In this document: positions 11,145-21,615 of the stretch, piece by piece | Layout: each line of letters opens with the position of its first letter | Numbering within the stretch: position 1 is the first letter of the stretch | DNA from: a virus | Strand: one strand, 5' to 3' | DNA: 64,000 nucleotides | IMG/VR virus record: IMGVR_UViG_3300009593_000010 | Location: 32,001-96,000 of that record | Program-made: the position numbers and the translations under genes | The notes under the pieces: generated by a model | The model's input: only the letters and a program-made list of their open reading frames with translations | Database searches by the model: none | Told to the model about the DNA's origin: nothing

Positions 11145-13697
11145 ATGGCACTAACAGTAAGTAATAACCAAACACTAGAAGATTTACGAGTCAGTCATAA
11201 TGACCTCGTAGATGATGTTGGTGGTATTGGAAGTTTAAGAACAGGTCAAAAATCATCAGTTGTAGATGCTGTTAATTCAATTATTGATGAATACTTTTAT
11301 TTCCAAGACTATGAGTTTACTGCATCTGGTGGAAGTAACGAAACTTTCTCTGGTAATGATAGCAGTGGAAACCCATTAGTCTATTCAAAGTCAAGAGTAT
11401 TAGTATTTAAGAATGGTTCTCTATTACGAAACGGAACACAATACTCTGCAACAAACGGAACATCTGTTCAGATGGTTGGTTCTACTTCTTCTGGTGACAT
11501 TATTAGAATAACTTCTTTTACAGGGTCATATGAAGGAACTGCAGCTGCAACTCAACAAACAACTTATTGGTCTCCATCTGGTGGTTCGATTTATAACACG
11601 AACACTGATGGGATCGTCATAAACTCAAATGATACAAGTGTAGTTACAAGTCCAGCAAGTGGATATGGAATGCAACTTGAAGCAAGTGGTGACGATATTT
11701 ATGTTAACACTGGTGGAAGTAATAAAGTACAATTTACTGGTAATATAGATGTCGATGGTACATCTACATTAGATGGTGCTGTAACTGGTGGGGTGAGTGT
11801 CACTGCACCATTAATCGAAGCATCAACCTCAGTACAAACTCCTTTAATAGAATATAGTGATGGTGATGATGCAATCACAATTGCAGATGGTGGTGGTGTA
11901 ACCTTTGGTTCAACTATCAATGCAAGTGCAGCTCATGTATCGACTTCTACAATTCAAGGAACAACAATAACTGCAACAACAGGATTTACTGGAGATGTTA
12001 CTGGAACAGTTTCAGATATCTCTAATCATAATACAGGGGCCCTAACAGAAGGGTCAAATCTATATTATACAAATGCAAGAGCAGATGCAAGAATTGCTGC
12101 TGCAAGTATCGATGATGTATCTGATGTAACAATCACTTCACCAGCAACTGGACATCATTTAACATGGAGTGGTTCTGCATGGACTAACTCAGCTGCTGAA
12201 TCTTCTGATGGTATCACCGAAGGTTCATCAAACTTATTCCATACTACAGAAAGAGTACAGGATGTCGTTGGTGCATTTGTAAGTGGTACTGGATCAACAA
12301 GTGTCACTTATGATGATGCTGCTGGTACACTGGTTATATCTTCTGCTGGTAAAACACAAGAAGAAATAGAAGACATTGTAGGAGCAATGGTAACTGGAAA
12401 TACCGAAACTGGTATTGGAGTTACCTATGAAGACTCTACAGGAACTTTAGACTTCGTTCTTAACGACAACTATCTCCAAGATAAAGTTGGAGAGATGGTA
12501 GCAGGAAACACTGAAACGAATATGACAGTGACTTATGATACTTCCGATAATACCATTGACTTCTCAGTTGCAGATGCTACAACCTCTGCAAAGGGTGTTG
12601 CACAATTTAGTTCAGATAACTTTGGAGTATCATCTGGTGTAGTATCTATTAAAAACGATGGTGTCACATTAGGAACAGAAACAACAGGAAACTATGTTGC
12701 AACACTTAGTGGTGGAACTGGTATAACTGCTAGTGGTTCTAGTGAAGGTTCAACACCTACAATTTCGATTACTAATACTGCTGTTACAGCAGGTACATAT
12801 GGATCAGCAACGGCAATACCAGCAGTAACAGTTAATGCACAAGGTCAAATAACATCTGCAACTACACATGCCATATCTGGATATTCTGGATTTACTTGGG
12901 GAATAGTTGGTGGTTCTAGTGCTGGAGTAATAGGTAGTGGTGAAACAGTTAGACTTGATGCTGGAACAGGTATATCTTTAACATTAAGTGGTAACGATAT
13001 TGAAGTTGCTTCCTCACTCTCAGTAGGAGATGGTGGACTAACACAAAAGAATTTTACAACAGCATTAAATACTAAATTAACTGGAATAGAAGCTAGTGCT
13101 ACAGCAGACCAGACAAATGCAGAAATAAGAGCAGCTGTTGAAGCAGCTACTGATTCAAATGTATTTAATGACGCAGACCATACTAAATTAAATGGTATTG
13201 CGGCCGGTGCAACAACAAATACTGGTACAGTTACTTCTGTTTCTGCTTCAAATGGGTTGGTTATTAGTGGTACAGCATCTACTACACCAACAGTAAGTCT
13301 AAACACAGTTACAGGTGGTCAAATCCATAGTTTGGGTGTAAACACTGCAACCTCTGGTACTGCTGGTGAGATTCGTGCAACAAGTAATATTACTGCATAC
13401 TACTCAGATGAAAGATTAAAAGATTTTGATGGTACTATTGAAAATGCACTTGATAAAGTGTGTTCATTAGGTGGTTATTACTTCCATGAGAATGCCCTTG
13501 CAAAAGAACTTGGTTATGAAAATGAACGAAGACAGGTTGGTGTATCTGCACAGGAAATTCAAAAAGTTCTTCCAGAGGTCGTTACAACAGCACCAATCGA
13601 TGATCAATACCTAACTGTATGGTATGAAAAACTAATTCCACTCCTAATTGAGTCCATAAAAGAACTCAAATCTCAAGTAGACGAATTAAAAAAATAA
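11145..13697 (+). CDS. Tail fibre protein with C-terminal intramolecular chaperone (peptidase S74-like)
   Basis: G/S/T-rich body. C-terminus YSDERLKDFDGTIENALDKV...RQVGVSAQEIQKVLPEVV...WYEKLIPLLIESIKEL. Confidence 0.8.
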   Translation: MALTVSNNQTLEDLRVSHNDLVDDVGGIGSLRTGQKSSVVDAVNSIIDEYFYFQDYEFTASGGSNETFSGNDSSGNPLVYSKSRVLVFKNGSLLRNGTQYSATNGTSVQMVGSTSSGDIIRITSFTGSYEGTAAATQQTTYWSPSGGSIYNTNTDGIVINSNDTSVVTSPASGYGMQLEASGDDIYVNTGGSNKVQFTGNIDVDGTSTLDGAVTGGVSVTAPLIEASTSVQTPLIEYSDGDDAITIADGGGVTFGSTINASAAHVSTSTIQGTTITATTGFTGDVTGTVSDISNHNTGALTEGSNLYYTNARADARIAAASIDDVSDVTITSPATGHHLTWSGSAWTNSAAESSDGITEGSSNLFHTTERVQDVVGAFVSGTGSTSVTYDDAAGTLVISSAGKTQEEIEDIVGAMVTGNTETGIGVTYEDSTGTLDFVLNDNYLQDKVGEMVAGNTETNMTVTYDTSDNTIDFSVADATTSAKGVAQFSSDNFGVSSGVVSIKNDGVTLGTETTGNYVATLSGGTGITASGSSEGSTPTISITNTAVTAGTYGSATAIPAVTVNAQGQITSATTHAISGYSGFTWGIVGGSSAGVIGSGETVRLDAGTGISLTLSGNDIEVASSLSVGDGGLTQKNFTTALNTKLTGIEASATADQTNAEIRAAVEAATDSNVFNDADHTKLNGIAAGATTNTGTVTSVSASNGLVISGTASTTPTVSLNTVTGGQIHSLGVNTATSGTAGEIRATSNITAYYSDERLKDFDGTIENALDKVCSLGGYYFHENALAKELGYENERRQVGVSAQEIQKVLPEVVTTAPIDDQYLTVWYEKLIPLLIESIKELKSQVDELKK

Positions 13698-13722
13698 AAT
13701 AACGATTCAAAATCCTTAATAG

Positions 13723-13730
13723 TATAAATA
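13723..13730 (+). promoter_or_regulatory. T4-type late promoter TATAAATA
   Basis: Exact consensus, intergenic. Confidence 0.8.
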
Positions 13731-13765
13731 CTACTTGATAACAATAACATTAGGTAGTAATTACT

Positions 13766-14101
13766 ATGGCAGCGATAAGTAACCTTTATATCGATCAAGG
13801 AGCAGATTTTTCAATAGCTGTTACCATGACCGATGCAACAGGTAATGCATTAAATTTGACAGGTGCTTCTTTCTTAGGACAATTAAGAAAGACTCATGCA
13901 AGTTCTAGTTTAAAAGCAACTTTTGGAACGACACATGATAGTGCTGGTGGAACCCTTACTCTTACATTAACTGATACCATAACCGCTGCATTAGACAGTG
14001 GAAGGTATGTGTATGATGTGGTGATGACAGGTTCCGATGCATCTAAGACAAGAGTATTAGAGGGTCAAGCAGTAATTACACCAGGCGTGAGTAGAAGTTA
14101 A
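13766..14101 (+). CDS. Small virion structural/adaptor protein
   Basis: NLYIDQGADFS...LNLTG...GRYVYDVV...TRVLEGQAVITPGVS family pattern, common in marine T4-likes. Confidence 0.7.
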   Translation: MAAISNLYIDQGADFSIAVTMTDATGNALNLTGASFLGQLRKTHASSSLKATFGTTHDSAGGTLTLTLTDTITAALDSGRYVYDVVMTGSDASKTRVLEGQAVITPGVSRS

Positions 14102-14115
14102 TTTAAGGAGAAGAT

Positions 14116-14328
14116 ATGGCAGATATCAAGGTACAGATTGCAAATCCAACAGCCAGACAGGTTAAACAGATTTCAGTAGGTAAACTAGATGCATCAACCA
14201 CATCAATTAATGGACTTATGGATGTAGATACCACTACTGCAACTTTGCAGAATGGAACTACTCTAGTATATGATGCAAGTGCAAACAAGTTTGAAGCAAC
14301 CAACGCAATAGATGGTGGCACTTACTAA
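14116..14328 (+). CDS. Small fibre-associated protein
   Basis: SD AAGGAG. LMDVDTTT...NGTTLVYDASANKF...IDGGTY fibre-type motif. Confidence 0.65.
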   Translation: MADIKVQIANPTARQVKQISVGKLDASTTSINGLMDVDTTTATLQNGTTLVYDASANKFEATNAIDGGTY

Positions 14329-14356
14329 TTAGTTTATTTAATAGGAGAGGACAAAA

Positions 14357-15808
14357 ATGTCAACAGTAATTCAGATTAAGCGGTCTACAGGTTCCGCTGC
14401 CCCTACAACTTCTGAACTGGCTCAAGGTGAATTAGCATATTCAATGGATGCTTCCAATTCTGGAAGTGGTGCCATATTATATGTCGAATCTCAAGACAGT
14501 GGTGGTAGTGCGGTCATACAAAAACTTGGTGGAAAATATTATACAGAAATTCTCGATGGTTCAACACCTACCCCAGCAAATCTAATCGTAGGGAACGGAG
14601 CAACTGCTGGTGCAAGTATTCAACTAAGAGAAGACTCAGACAATGGTTCCAATTATACTGCATTAAAAGCTGCAGATACAATTGCAGCCAATGTAACATA
14701 CACATTACCAGCTGCGGATGGTTCTAGTGGTCAGTTCTTAAAAACTGATGGTTCTGGAGCATTATCATTTGGAACAGTAGTATCAACATTATCTCTTGCA
14801 GCGGACAGTGGTTCAAATGACTCACTATCTACTGGAGAGACAATTACATTCACAGGTGGTGAAGGTATCGATACAACAGTAGGTGATAATGTTATTACAG
14901 TTGCAGCTGAAGATGCTACATCAGCAAACAAAGGTGTTGCATCATTTAGTTCTTCACACTTTGATGTTTCCAGTGGTGCAGTCAGTCTTGCTGCTGCATT
15001 CATGGTCACAGAAGGTGAAGGAATTGGTTCTAACGATAACGACACAACTATTCCAACATCAGCTGCAGTAAAAGACTATGTAGATACAAATGTAACTGCA
15101 CAAGACTTAGATACTGCTGGTGATTCTGGAACAGGTGCAATAGATTTAGATTCTCAATCTCTAACAATTGCTGGTACGGCAAATGAGATTGAAACGGCTG
15201 CAAGTGGTCAAACAATAACAGTTGGATTACCATCTAATGTAACAGTAGGGAACAACCTTACAGTTACAGGTAACTTAACAGTTAATGGTACACAAACTAC
15301 AGTCAATAGTACAACAGTAACAGTAGATGACCCAATCTTTACAGTAGGTGGAGACAGTGCTCCAGGCTCTGATGACAACCTTGATAGAGGTATGGAATTC
15401 AGATGGCATAATGGAAGTGCTGCAAAATTAGGGTTCTTTGGTTATGATGACTCTACTGGTAAATTTACTTTTATTCCAGATGCAACAGACACAGGTGGTG
15501 TCATCACTGGTACTAAAGGTAACTTAGACATTGGTGGATTAGACCTTGCTGGTTCAATCACGAGTGTTGATGGTTCTGCACCAACTGCTGGTCAATTATT
15601 AATTGGTCATGGTGGTAATGGAGACATGGTTCTTGCAACTTTGTCTACTGGAGAGGGTGTAGATGTAACAAATGCAAATGGTAGTATTACCATTTCTGGT
15701 GAAGATGCAAGTACGAGCAATAAAGGTATTGCATCGTTTAACTCTAGTGAGTTTACTGTCTCATCTGGTGCAGTATCAATTACTGCGATAGATGGTGGTT
15801 CTTACTAA
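14357..15808 (+). CDS. Tail fibre protein with Mtd_N-like N-terminus
   Basis: MSTVIQIKRSTGSAAPTTSELAQGELAYS start; G/S/T-rich; ends IDGGSY. Confidence 0.75.
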   Translation: MSTVIQIKRSTGSAAPTTSELAQGELAYSMDASNSGSGAILYVESQDSGGSAVIQKLGGKYYTEILDGSTPTPANLIVGNGATAGASIQLREDSDNGSNYTALKAADTIAANVTYTLPAADGSSGQFLKTDGSGALSFGTVVSTLSLAADSGSNDSLSTGETITFTGGEGIDTTVGDNVITVAAEDATSANKGVASFSSSHFDVSSGAVSLAAAFMVTEGEGIGSNDNDTTIPTSAAVKDYVDTNVTAQDLDTAGDSGTGAIDLDSQSLTIAGTANEIETAASGQTITVGLPSNVTVGNNLTVTGNLTVNGTQTTVNSTTVTVDDPIFTVGGDSAPGSDDNLDRGMEFRWHNGSAAKLGFFGYDDSTGKFTFIPDATDTGGVITGTKGNLDIGGLDLAGSITSVDGSAPTAGQLLIGHGGNGDMVLATLSTGEGVDVTNANGSITISGEDASTSNKGIASFNSSEFTVSSGAVSITAIDGGSY

Positions 15809-15823
15809 GGGTAGGATAAAATT

Positions 15824-16237
15824 ATGGCATATTATGATGGAGAAGTCAATTACAATGTCGATGAGAATTCAGTTGTAATAGATAGGGACTTCACTCTACA
15901 GATTCCGCCAGAAGTGTTGGATGATCTCTATATGGGGACGACAGCAACATGGTGGGTAGGAAAAACAGGTGATGAGGTTAGAGTAGAAATAGTAAATACT
16001 AGTGGATACTCTCAAATCTCATCAAATGAATTCCGAAAGGAACCGAAGCTTGCACATAAAAGAGCTGAGGGGACTTATAATGTCGGCAAAGAAACTTATA
16101 TCCATAGGGGTGCAAGTTTAAGAGTTGGCAAGGATATTATTAATGCATTAAGTATTAATAGTCCAGAAACAAACAATGTCAGATGGACAGTAGATACTAC
16201 CAACTGGCGTTGTGTACTAACAACAGTCGTTAAATAA
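15824..16237 (+). CDS. Hypothetical protein (possible tandem AbrB/swapped-hairpin-like)
   Basis: 137-aa ORF with SD. Composition differs from the flanking fibre genes. Confidence 0.55.
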   Translation: MAYYDGEVNYNVDENSVVIDRDFTLQIPPEVLDDLYMGTTATWWVGKTGDEVRVEIVNTSGYSQISSNEFRKEPKLAHKRAEGTYNVGKETYIHRGASLRVGKDIINALSINSPETNNVRWTVDTTNWRCVLTTVVK

Positions 16238-16286
16238 CGATAAAATTTTGGGTATATACCCAATGGATAAAGTGAGTTAATAAAAT

Positions 16287-17603
16287 ATGACACAAACAGT
16301 TCAACTCAGAAGGAGTTCGACTGATGGTGCTAAGCCTACAACTGCTCAGTTAGAACTGGGTGAAATGGCAATCAATACTTACGATGGTAAAGTTTACATT
16401 AAGAAAAGTGTAAGCGGAGTCGAGAGTATCGTTCAAGTTGGAGAAGCATCAACCAGTCAATTTACTTCATATCAACATTGCAAGTTCTCAAACGCAGGTG
16501 GGACACTTTCTGCTGGTCAGACATCTTTTAGTGGAACAGATGATAATTCTGCTTCATTAGGATACACTGCTGGAAACTTAATTGTTTTCTTAAATGGTGT
16601 TGCACTAGACCCAGATGATTTTACTGCAACAAATGGAACAACAATAGTATTAGACAATGCAGTTGCTGGTTCTGATACATTAGAAACAGTTTCAATGGGT
16701 GGGGATAGTGGTTCTGCATTAACCTCAGTTGCAATATATGAATACACTGCAACAGCAAACCAAACTGCATTTACAGGTGCAGATGATAACTCAAGAACTT
16801 TATCTTATGACTCTGGAGAAGAATTAGTATTCTTAAATGGGGTTCTATTAGACCCTAGAACGAGTCAAGATTATACAAGAACATCAAGTTCTACCATAAC
16901 ACTTAATGCTGGTGCTCAAGTAAATGACACTCTAGTCATTAAGACTTATGGTGGTTCAAACCCATTTAACAGATTTACATTTGATGTCACTGCAGCTTCA
17001 ACAACTAGTATTACTGGTACAGATGCAAACTCAGTAACATTATCCTTCCATCCAGACTATTCAGAAGTTTTTGTGAATGGTATATTAATGCAAAAGGGTC
17101 AATGGACTGGGGGAGATGGAAAGACCATCTCATTTACTGATGCATTAGTAGACCCAAACTACATCATCGATGTAATTGATTACCAAATTACTGCACCTCA
17201 AGTTAGGTTGTTTAAAGATGAAGCACCATTCTTGGGTGGACATTTAAATACGAATGGTAAAGAAATTGTGGGTTCTTCTGGACAGAACATAACATTTACT
17301 CCAGCATCATCTCAATATGTAGATATAAAAGATGGGCCGTTGAGAATGGACATACTATCGAGTGATCCGTCTACTGTGACAGATCGTGCATCGTTGTATT
17401 CAAAGGAAATTTCTAGTATGGCAGAATTGTTTGTTCAAGATGAAGCGGGTAATGTCACTCAAATTTCTCCTCACCAAGATGGAGAGTGGGTGTATTATTC
17501 TGAAAATATAAAAACAGGAAAAAGATTTAAAGTGAATATGGAGAGAATGATTAGAAAACTTCAAGATATCACTGGAGAAAGATTCATCGAAATAGATGAA
17601 TAA
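16287..17603 (+). CDS. Virion structural/fibre protein with Mtd_N-like N-terminus
   Basis: MTQTVQLRRSSTDGAKPTTAQLELGEMAINTYDGKVYIKK start; three VFLNGV-type repeats. Confidence 0.75.
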   Translation: MTQTVQLRRSSTDGAKPTTAQLELGEMAINTYDGKVYIKKSVSGVESIVQVGEASTSQFTSYQHCKFSNAGGTLSAGQTSFSGTDDNSASLGYTAGNLIVFLNGVALDPDDFTATNGTTIVLDNAVAGSDTLETVSMGGDSGSALTSVAIYEYTATANQTAFTGADDNSRTLSYDSGEELVFLNGVLLDPRTSQDYTRTSSSTITLNAGAQVNDTLVIKTYGGSNPFNRFTFDVTAASTTSITGTDANSVTLSFHPDYSEVFVNGILMQKGQWTGGDGKTISFTDALVDPNYIIDVIDYQITAPQVRLFKDEAPFLGGHLNTNGKEIVGSSGQNITFTPASSQYVDIKDGPLRMDILSSDPSTVTDRASLYSKEISSMAELFVQDEAGNVTQISPHQDGEWVYYSENIKTGKRFKVNMERMIRKLQDITGERFIEIDE

Positions 17604-17611
17604 CATAAATA
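17604..17611 (+). promoter_or_regulatory. Late promoter variant CATAAATA
   Basis: One mismatch to TATAAATA, immediately upstream of the 17640 gene. Confidence 0.55.
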
Positions 17612-17639
17612 CTAATATTAATTAAGGGGAATATTAAAA

Positions 17640-20600
17640 ATGGCAACAAAAGCAAGATATCTTGCAGACTTATTAAATGCATCTGGGGAGTTAGACTCTA
17701 CTGGTGCAGTTGAGAGTATTCAAGATAACATATCAACATTATTTGCAGCTGGATCACATACAGGTATAGCATTTACCTATGATGATTCAAATGCAACATT
17801 CAGTGCAGCGGTCACACAAGATGCTCAGTCTGCTGGTTTCTATCACAAAGTAACAGTAACAGTTTCTGGCGGAAACTATTTAATGGACGGAACTGCGAAC
17901 GCATCCGTTGTATTATCCCCAAGTGTAACATATAGATTCGATCTATCAGATTCTAGTTGTGCGAATCATCCCCTTAGATTCTCAACAACTTCTGATGGAA
18001 CCCACAACTCTGGTGCAGAAATTTCAGCAGGTTATACAACATACTCTAAGACTGGAACACCAGGCTCAGCAGGTGCATACACACAAGTTTGTTTTGAACA
18101 AGATCAAACAAACCCACTATACTACTATTGTTCTGCACATAGTGGAATGGGTGGAACTGCATTGTTGGGTGTTCATCCAAATACAGACACAATAACAGAA
18201 GGTTCTACAAACCAATATCATACCTCAGAAAGAGTACAAGATATCACTGGTGCCCAGTTGGCAACCAATGGTTCTCATACAGGTATCACAGCAACATATG
18301 ATGATGCTGGTGATGGTGCAATTGACCTTGCACTAGTAACCGAAAATGTAGAAGATATCGTTGGGGCAATGTTCTCATCAAATACCGAAAGCGGTATTAG
18401 TGTCACCTATGAAGATGGTGACGGAACGATTGACCTAGATGTTAATGACCCTACCATTTCCTTAACTGGAGATGTAACTGGTTCTGCAACAATGACCAAT
18501 TTAGGAAACACATCTATTGCTGCCACAATTGCAGCCAATAGTGTTGCAATGGGAACAGACACAACAGGAAATTATGTTGCAACAGTTGCTGGAACAACAA
18601 ACGAGATAACTGTCTCTGGTTCTGGTTCAGAAACTGCAGCCGTAACAGTTTCCCTACCAGATGATGTCACTATAGGTAATGACTTAACAGTAACAGGTGA
18701 GATGGGTTCTGCAACAATTGCTACATCTGGTAATGCAGTAATTGGTGGAAACTTAACAGTTAGTGGTACAACTACTACAGTTTCTTCCTCAACAGTTGCT
18801 ATTACAGATAACAACATGAAGGTTGCAAAAGATAACTCTGCCAACACAACCGACTTTGGTGTCTATGGTGTTTATAACGATGGTTCAACAAGATATGCTG
18901 GTATTAACTGGGATGGAAGTGAATCAGATAAGTTTAGACTCTATCATGGAACAACAACCGAACCAACTACAGTAGTAGACCCTACTGCAACTGGTTGGAC
19001 AAAAGGAACATTAATTGCAGACCTAGAAGGTAATTCTTCAACTGCATCTGCACTTGCAACTGCAAGAACGATAGCAGTAAGTGGGGATGTTGTAGGTTCT
19101 GCATCATTTGATGGTTCTGGTAATATAGATTTATCTACAGTTATTCAAGCAAACTCAGTTGCATTAGGAACTGATACTACTGGAAACTACATGACAGATT
19201 TATCTGCTGGTGAAGGTATAGATATAACTCACACTGCAGCGGAAGGTTCAACTGCAACAATTACAGCAGAGATTGCAACAGACTCAAATAAAGGTGTTGC
19301 CCAATTTAACACAACAGACTTTACAGTAACTTCTGGTGAAGTTGCTATAAACGCAGAAAGAATTCAAGATACTGCTGGAGCAATGTTCACTGGTAATACT
19401 GAGACAGGTATTACAGCAACATATCAAGATGGAGATGGAACTGTAGATTTAGTTGTTAGTGGAACACTTGCAACAATAGTTTCCGATGGTACTGAAGCAG
19501 TACAAGACATTGCTGGTGCAATGTTTACATCTAATACAGAAACAGGTATAACGGCCACATATGATGACAGTGATGGAACGATTGATCTAGTTGTTAGTGG
19601 AACACTTGCAACAATAGTGTCAGACGGAACCGAAGCAGTACAAGATATTGCTGGTGCTCAACTTGCAACTAATGGTTCACACACTGGTATTACTGCAACA
19701 TATGATGATTCAAATGATGGTGCAATTGATCTTGCATTAGTATCAGAAAATGTACAAGATATTGTAGGAGCAATGTTCAGTTCCAATACTGAAACTGGAA
19801 TTGCAGCCACCTATGAAGATGGTGATGGAACTATAGACCTTGTAGTTAGTGGTGCTGCAGCAACAATCGTATCAGACTTCACAGAAGCAGTTCAAGATGT
19901 AGTTGGTGCAATGGTATCATCCAACACAGAAAGTGGTATAGGAGTGACATATGAGGATGGAGATGGTACTTTAGACTTTAATGTATCAGACCCAACATTA
20001 TCTTACACAGGAGATGTAACTGGTTCTGGAACAATGACTGATTTAGGTAATACTAGTATTGCATTAACAATAGCTGCAACATCTGTAGAAAACAGTATGT
20101 TAGCAGGTTCGATTGCAAACAGTAAACTTTCAAACTCAAGTATAACAGTTTCAGATGGTTCTAACTCAACTGCAACTTCATTGGGTGGAACAATAACATT
20201 TGCTGGTACTTCAAACGAAGTAGATGTTGCAGAAAGTTCTGGAACAATTACATATGGACTACCATCTGATGTAACAATATCAAACGACTTAACAGTTAGT
20301 GGAGACTTAACAGTTACAGGTTCAACAACACAAACTGGTTCAATAGTTTCAGATTCAAACTTTACAGGTTTAACAGATGCAAACTCTGGAAATTCAACAG
20401 ACTTTGGTTTCTATGGTAAGTATGTAGAATCATCCACTACAAAATATGGTGGTATATTCTACGATGCATCAACAGATAATACATTTAGATTATTCTCAGA
20501 TACACAAACAGTACCTTCAACTACAGTAAATACAGGTGCAACAGGTTATACTGCTGCTAACTTAGTAGTTGGTACATTAACTGGTAATGTTACAGGTAAT

Positions 20601-21584
20601 GTGACAGGTTCTTTAACTGGTAATGCAACAACAGCGACAACACTTGCAACTTCAAGAAATATAAGTGGTGTAGCATTTGATGGTTCTGCAAATATTACTT
20701 TAGACACAGACGACATTGGTGAAGGTTCAAGTAACCTCTATCATACATCAGAAAGAGTTGCAGATGTTGTGGGTGCGATGGTTAGTTCAAATACCGAGAG
20801 CGGTATTTCTGTAACCTATGACGATTCAGATAATACATTAGACTTTAATGTTGCTGATCCAACAATTGCATTGACAGGAGATGTAACTGGTTCTGCAACA
20901 ATGACTGACTTAGGTAATGTTAGTATTTCCACTTCTCAAGCAGCTGATTCAGTTGATCTAGGTACTCATACAACAGGTAACTATGTTGACAATGTTACTG
21001 GTGGAACTGGTGTTACTGTAACAGGTAGTGCTGGTGAAGGATGGGAACCAGCAATTAGTATTGGACAGGCAGTTGCAACTTCAAGTAATGTGACTTTTGC
21101 AGATGTTGCTGCAACAGGAAATGTAACAATTACTGGTAATTTAACTGTTAATGGTTCTCAGACAACTGTTAACTCAAGTACCCTTTCAGTAACCGACCTA
21201 AATATAATCGTAGGAAAGGATGCATCTACATTGGCTGCAACTGATGGTGCTGGATTAACATTTGGTGCTCATGGTTCTGCACCTACATTTACTTGGGATA
21301 ATGGAAACGCTAGACTAAGTGCAAACAAACAGATTTATTCTTCTGGTGGATTTGTAGGTAATGTAACAGGTAATGCAAGTGGAACCGCTGCTACAGTAAC
21401 AGGTGCAGCTCAAACTGCAATTACAAGTGTAGGAACATTGACTGGACTAGCAGTAAGTGGTGCAGCTACAACCAGTTATACAACGATTGGTTCTAGTGCA
21501 AAAGCATTTAGAAATATCTACATGCATTCATCTGCACCGAGTGGGGGAGATGGGGCCGTAGGTGATCTCTGGATAACATATTAA
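17640..21584 (+). CDS. Long tail fibre-like protein (1314 aa) with an N-proximal cupredoxin-like domain and tandem ~44-aa repeats
   Basis: HPLRF...YYYCSAHSGMGG. Repeated VQDIVGAMxSSNTESGISVTYEDGDGTIDL units. Confidence 0.75.
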   Translation: MATKARYLADLLNASGELDSTGAVESIQDNISTLFAAGSHTGIAFTYDDSNATFSAAVTQDAQSAGFYHKVTVTVSGGNYLMDGTANASVVLSPSVTYRFDLSDSSCANHPLRFSTTSDGTHNSGAEISAGYTTYSKTGTPGSAGAYTQVCFEQDQTNPLYYYCSAHSGMGGTALLGVHPNTDTITEGSTNQYHTSERVQDITGAQLATNGSHTGITATYDDAGDGAIDLALVTENVEDIVGAMFSSNTESGISVTYEDGDGTIDLDVNDPTISLTGDVTGSATMTNLGNTSIAATIAANSVAMGTDTTGNYVATVAGTTNEITVSGSGSETAAVTVSLPDDVTIGNDLTVTGEMGSATIATSGNAVIGGNLTVSGTTTTVSSSTVAITDNNMKVAKDNSANTTDFGVYGVYNDGSTRYAGINWDGSESDKFRLYHGTTTEPTTVVDPTATGWTKGTLIADLEGNSSTASALATARTIAVSGDVVGSASFDGSGNIDLSTVIQANSVALGTDTTGNYMTDLSAGEGIDITHTAAEGSTATITAEIATDSNKGVAQFNTTDFTVTSGEVAINAERIQDTAGAMFTGNTETGITATYQDGDGTVDLVVSGTLATIVSDGTEAVQDIAGAMFTSNTETGITATYDDSDGTIDLVVSGTLATIVSDGTEAVQDIAGAQLATNGSHTGITATYDDSNDGAIDLALVSENVQDIVGAMFSSNTETGIAATYEDGDGTIDLVVSGAAATIVSDFTEAVQDVVGAMVSSNTESGIGVTYEDGDGTLDFNVSDPTLSYTGDVTGSGTMTDLGNTSIALTIAATSVENSMLAGSIANSKLSNSSITVSDGSNSTATSLGGTITFAGTSNEVDVAESSGTITYGLPSDVTISNDLTVSGDLTVTGSTTQTGSIVSDSNFTGLTDANSGNSTDFGFYGKYVESSTTKYGGIFYDASTDNTFRLFSDTQTVPSTTVNTGATGYTAANLVVGTLTGNVTGNVTGSLTGNATTATTLATSRNISGVAFDGSANITLDTDDIGEGSSNLYHTSERVADVVGAMVSSNTESGISVTYDDSDNTLDFNVADPTIALTGDVTGSATMTDLGNVSISTSQAADSVDLGTHTTGNYVDNVTGGTGVTVTGSAGEGWEPAISIGQAVATSSNVTFADVAATGNVTITGNLTVNGSQTTVNSSTLSVTDLNIIVGKDASTLAATDGAGLTFGAHGSAPTFTWDNGNARLSANKQIYSSGGFVGNVTGNASGTAATVTGAAQTAITSVGTLTGLAVSGAATTSYTTIGSSAKAFRNIYMHSSAPSGGDGAVGDLWITY

Positions 21585-21615
21585 TTTATATAATGTATAG
21601 GAGTGGAGTGAGGAT

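Noticed and set aside
14357-17603. Diversity-generating retroelement suggested by Mtd_N-like N-termini
   Set aside because: No reverse transcriptase and no TR/VR pair differing at adenines was seen in the window.
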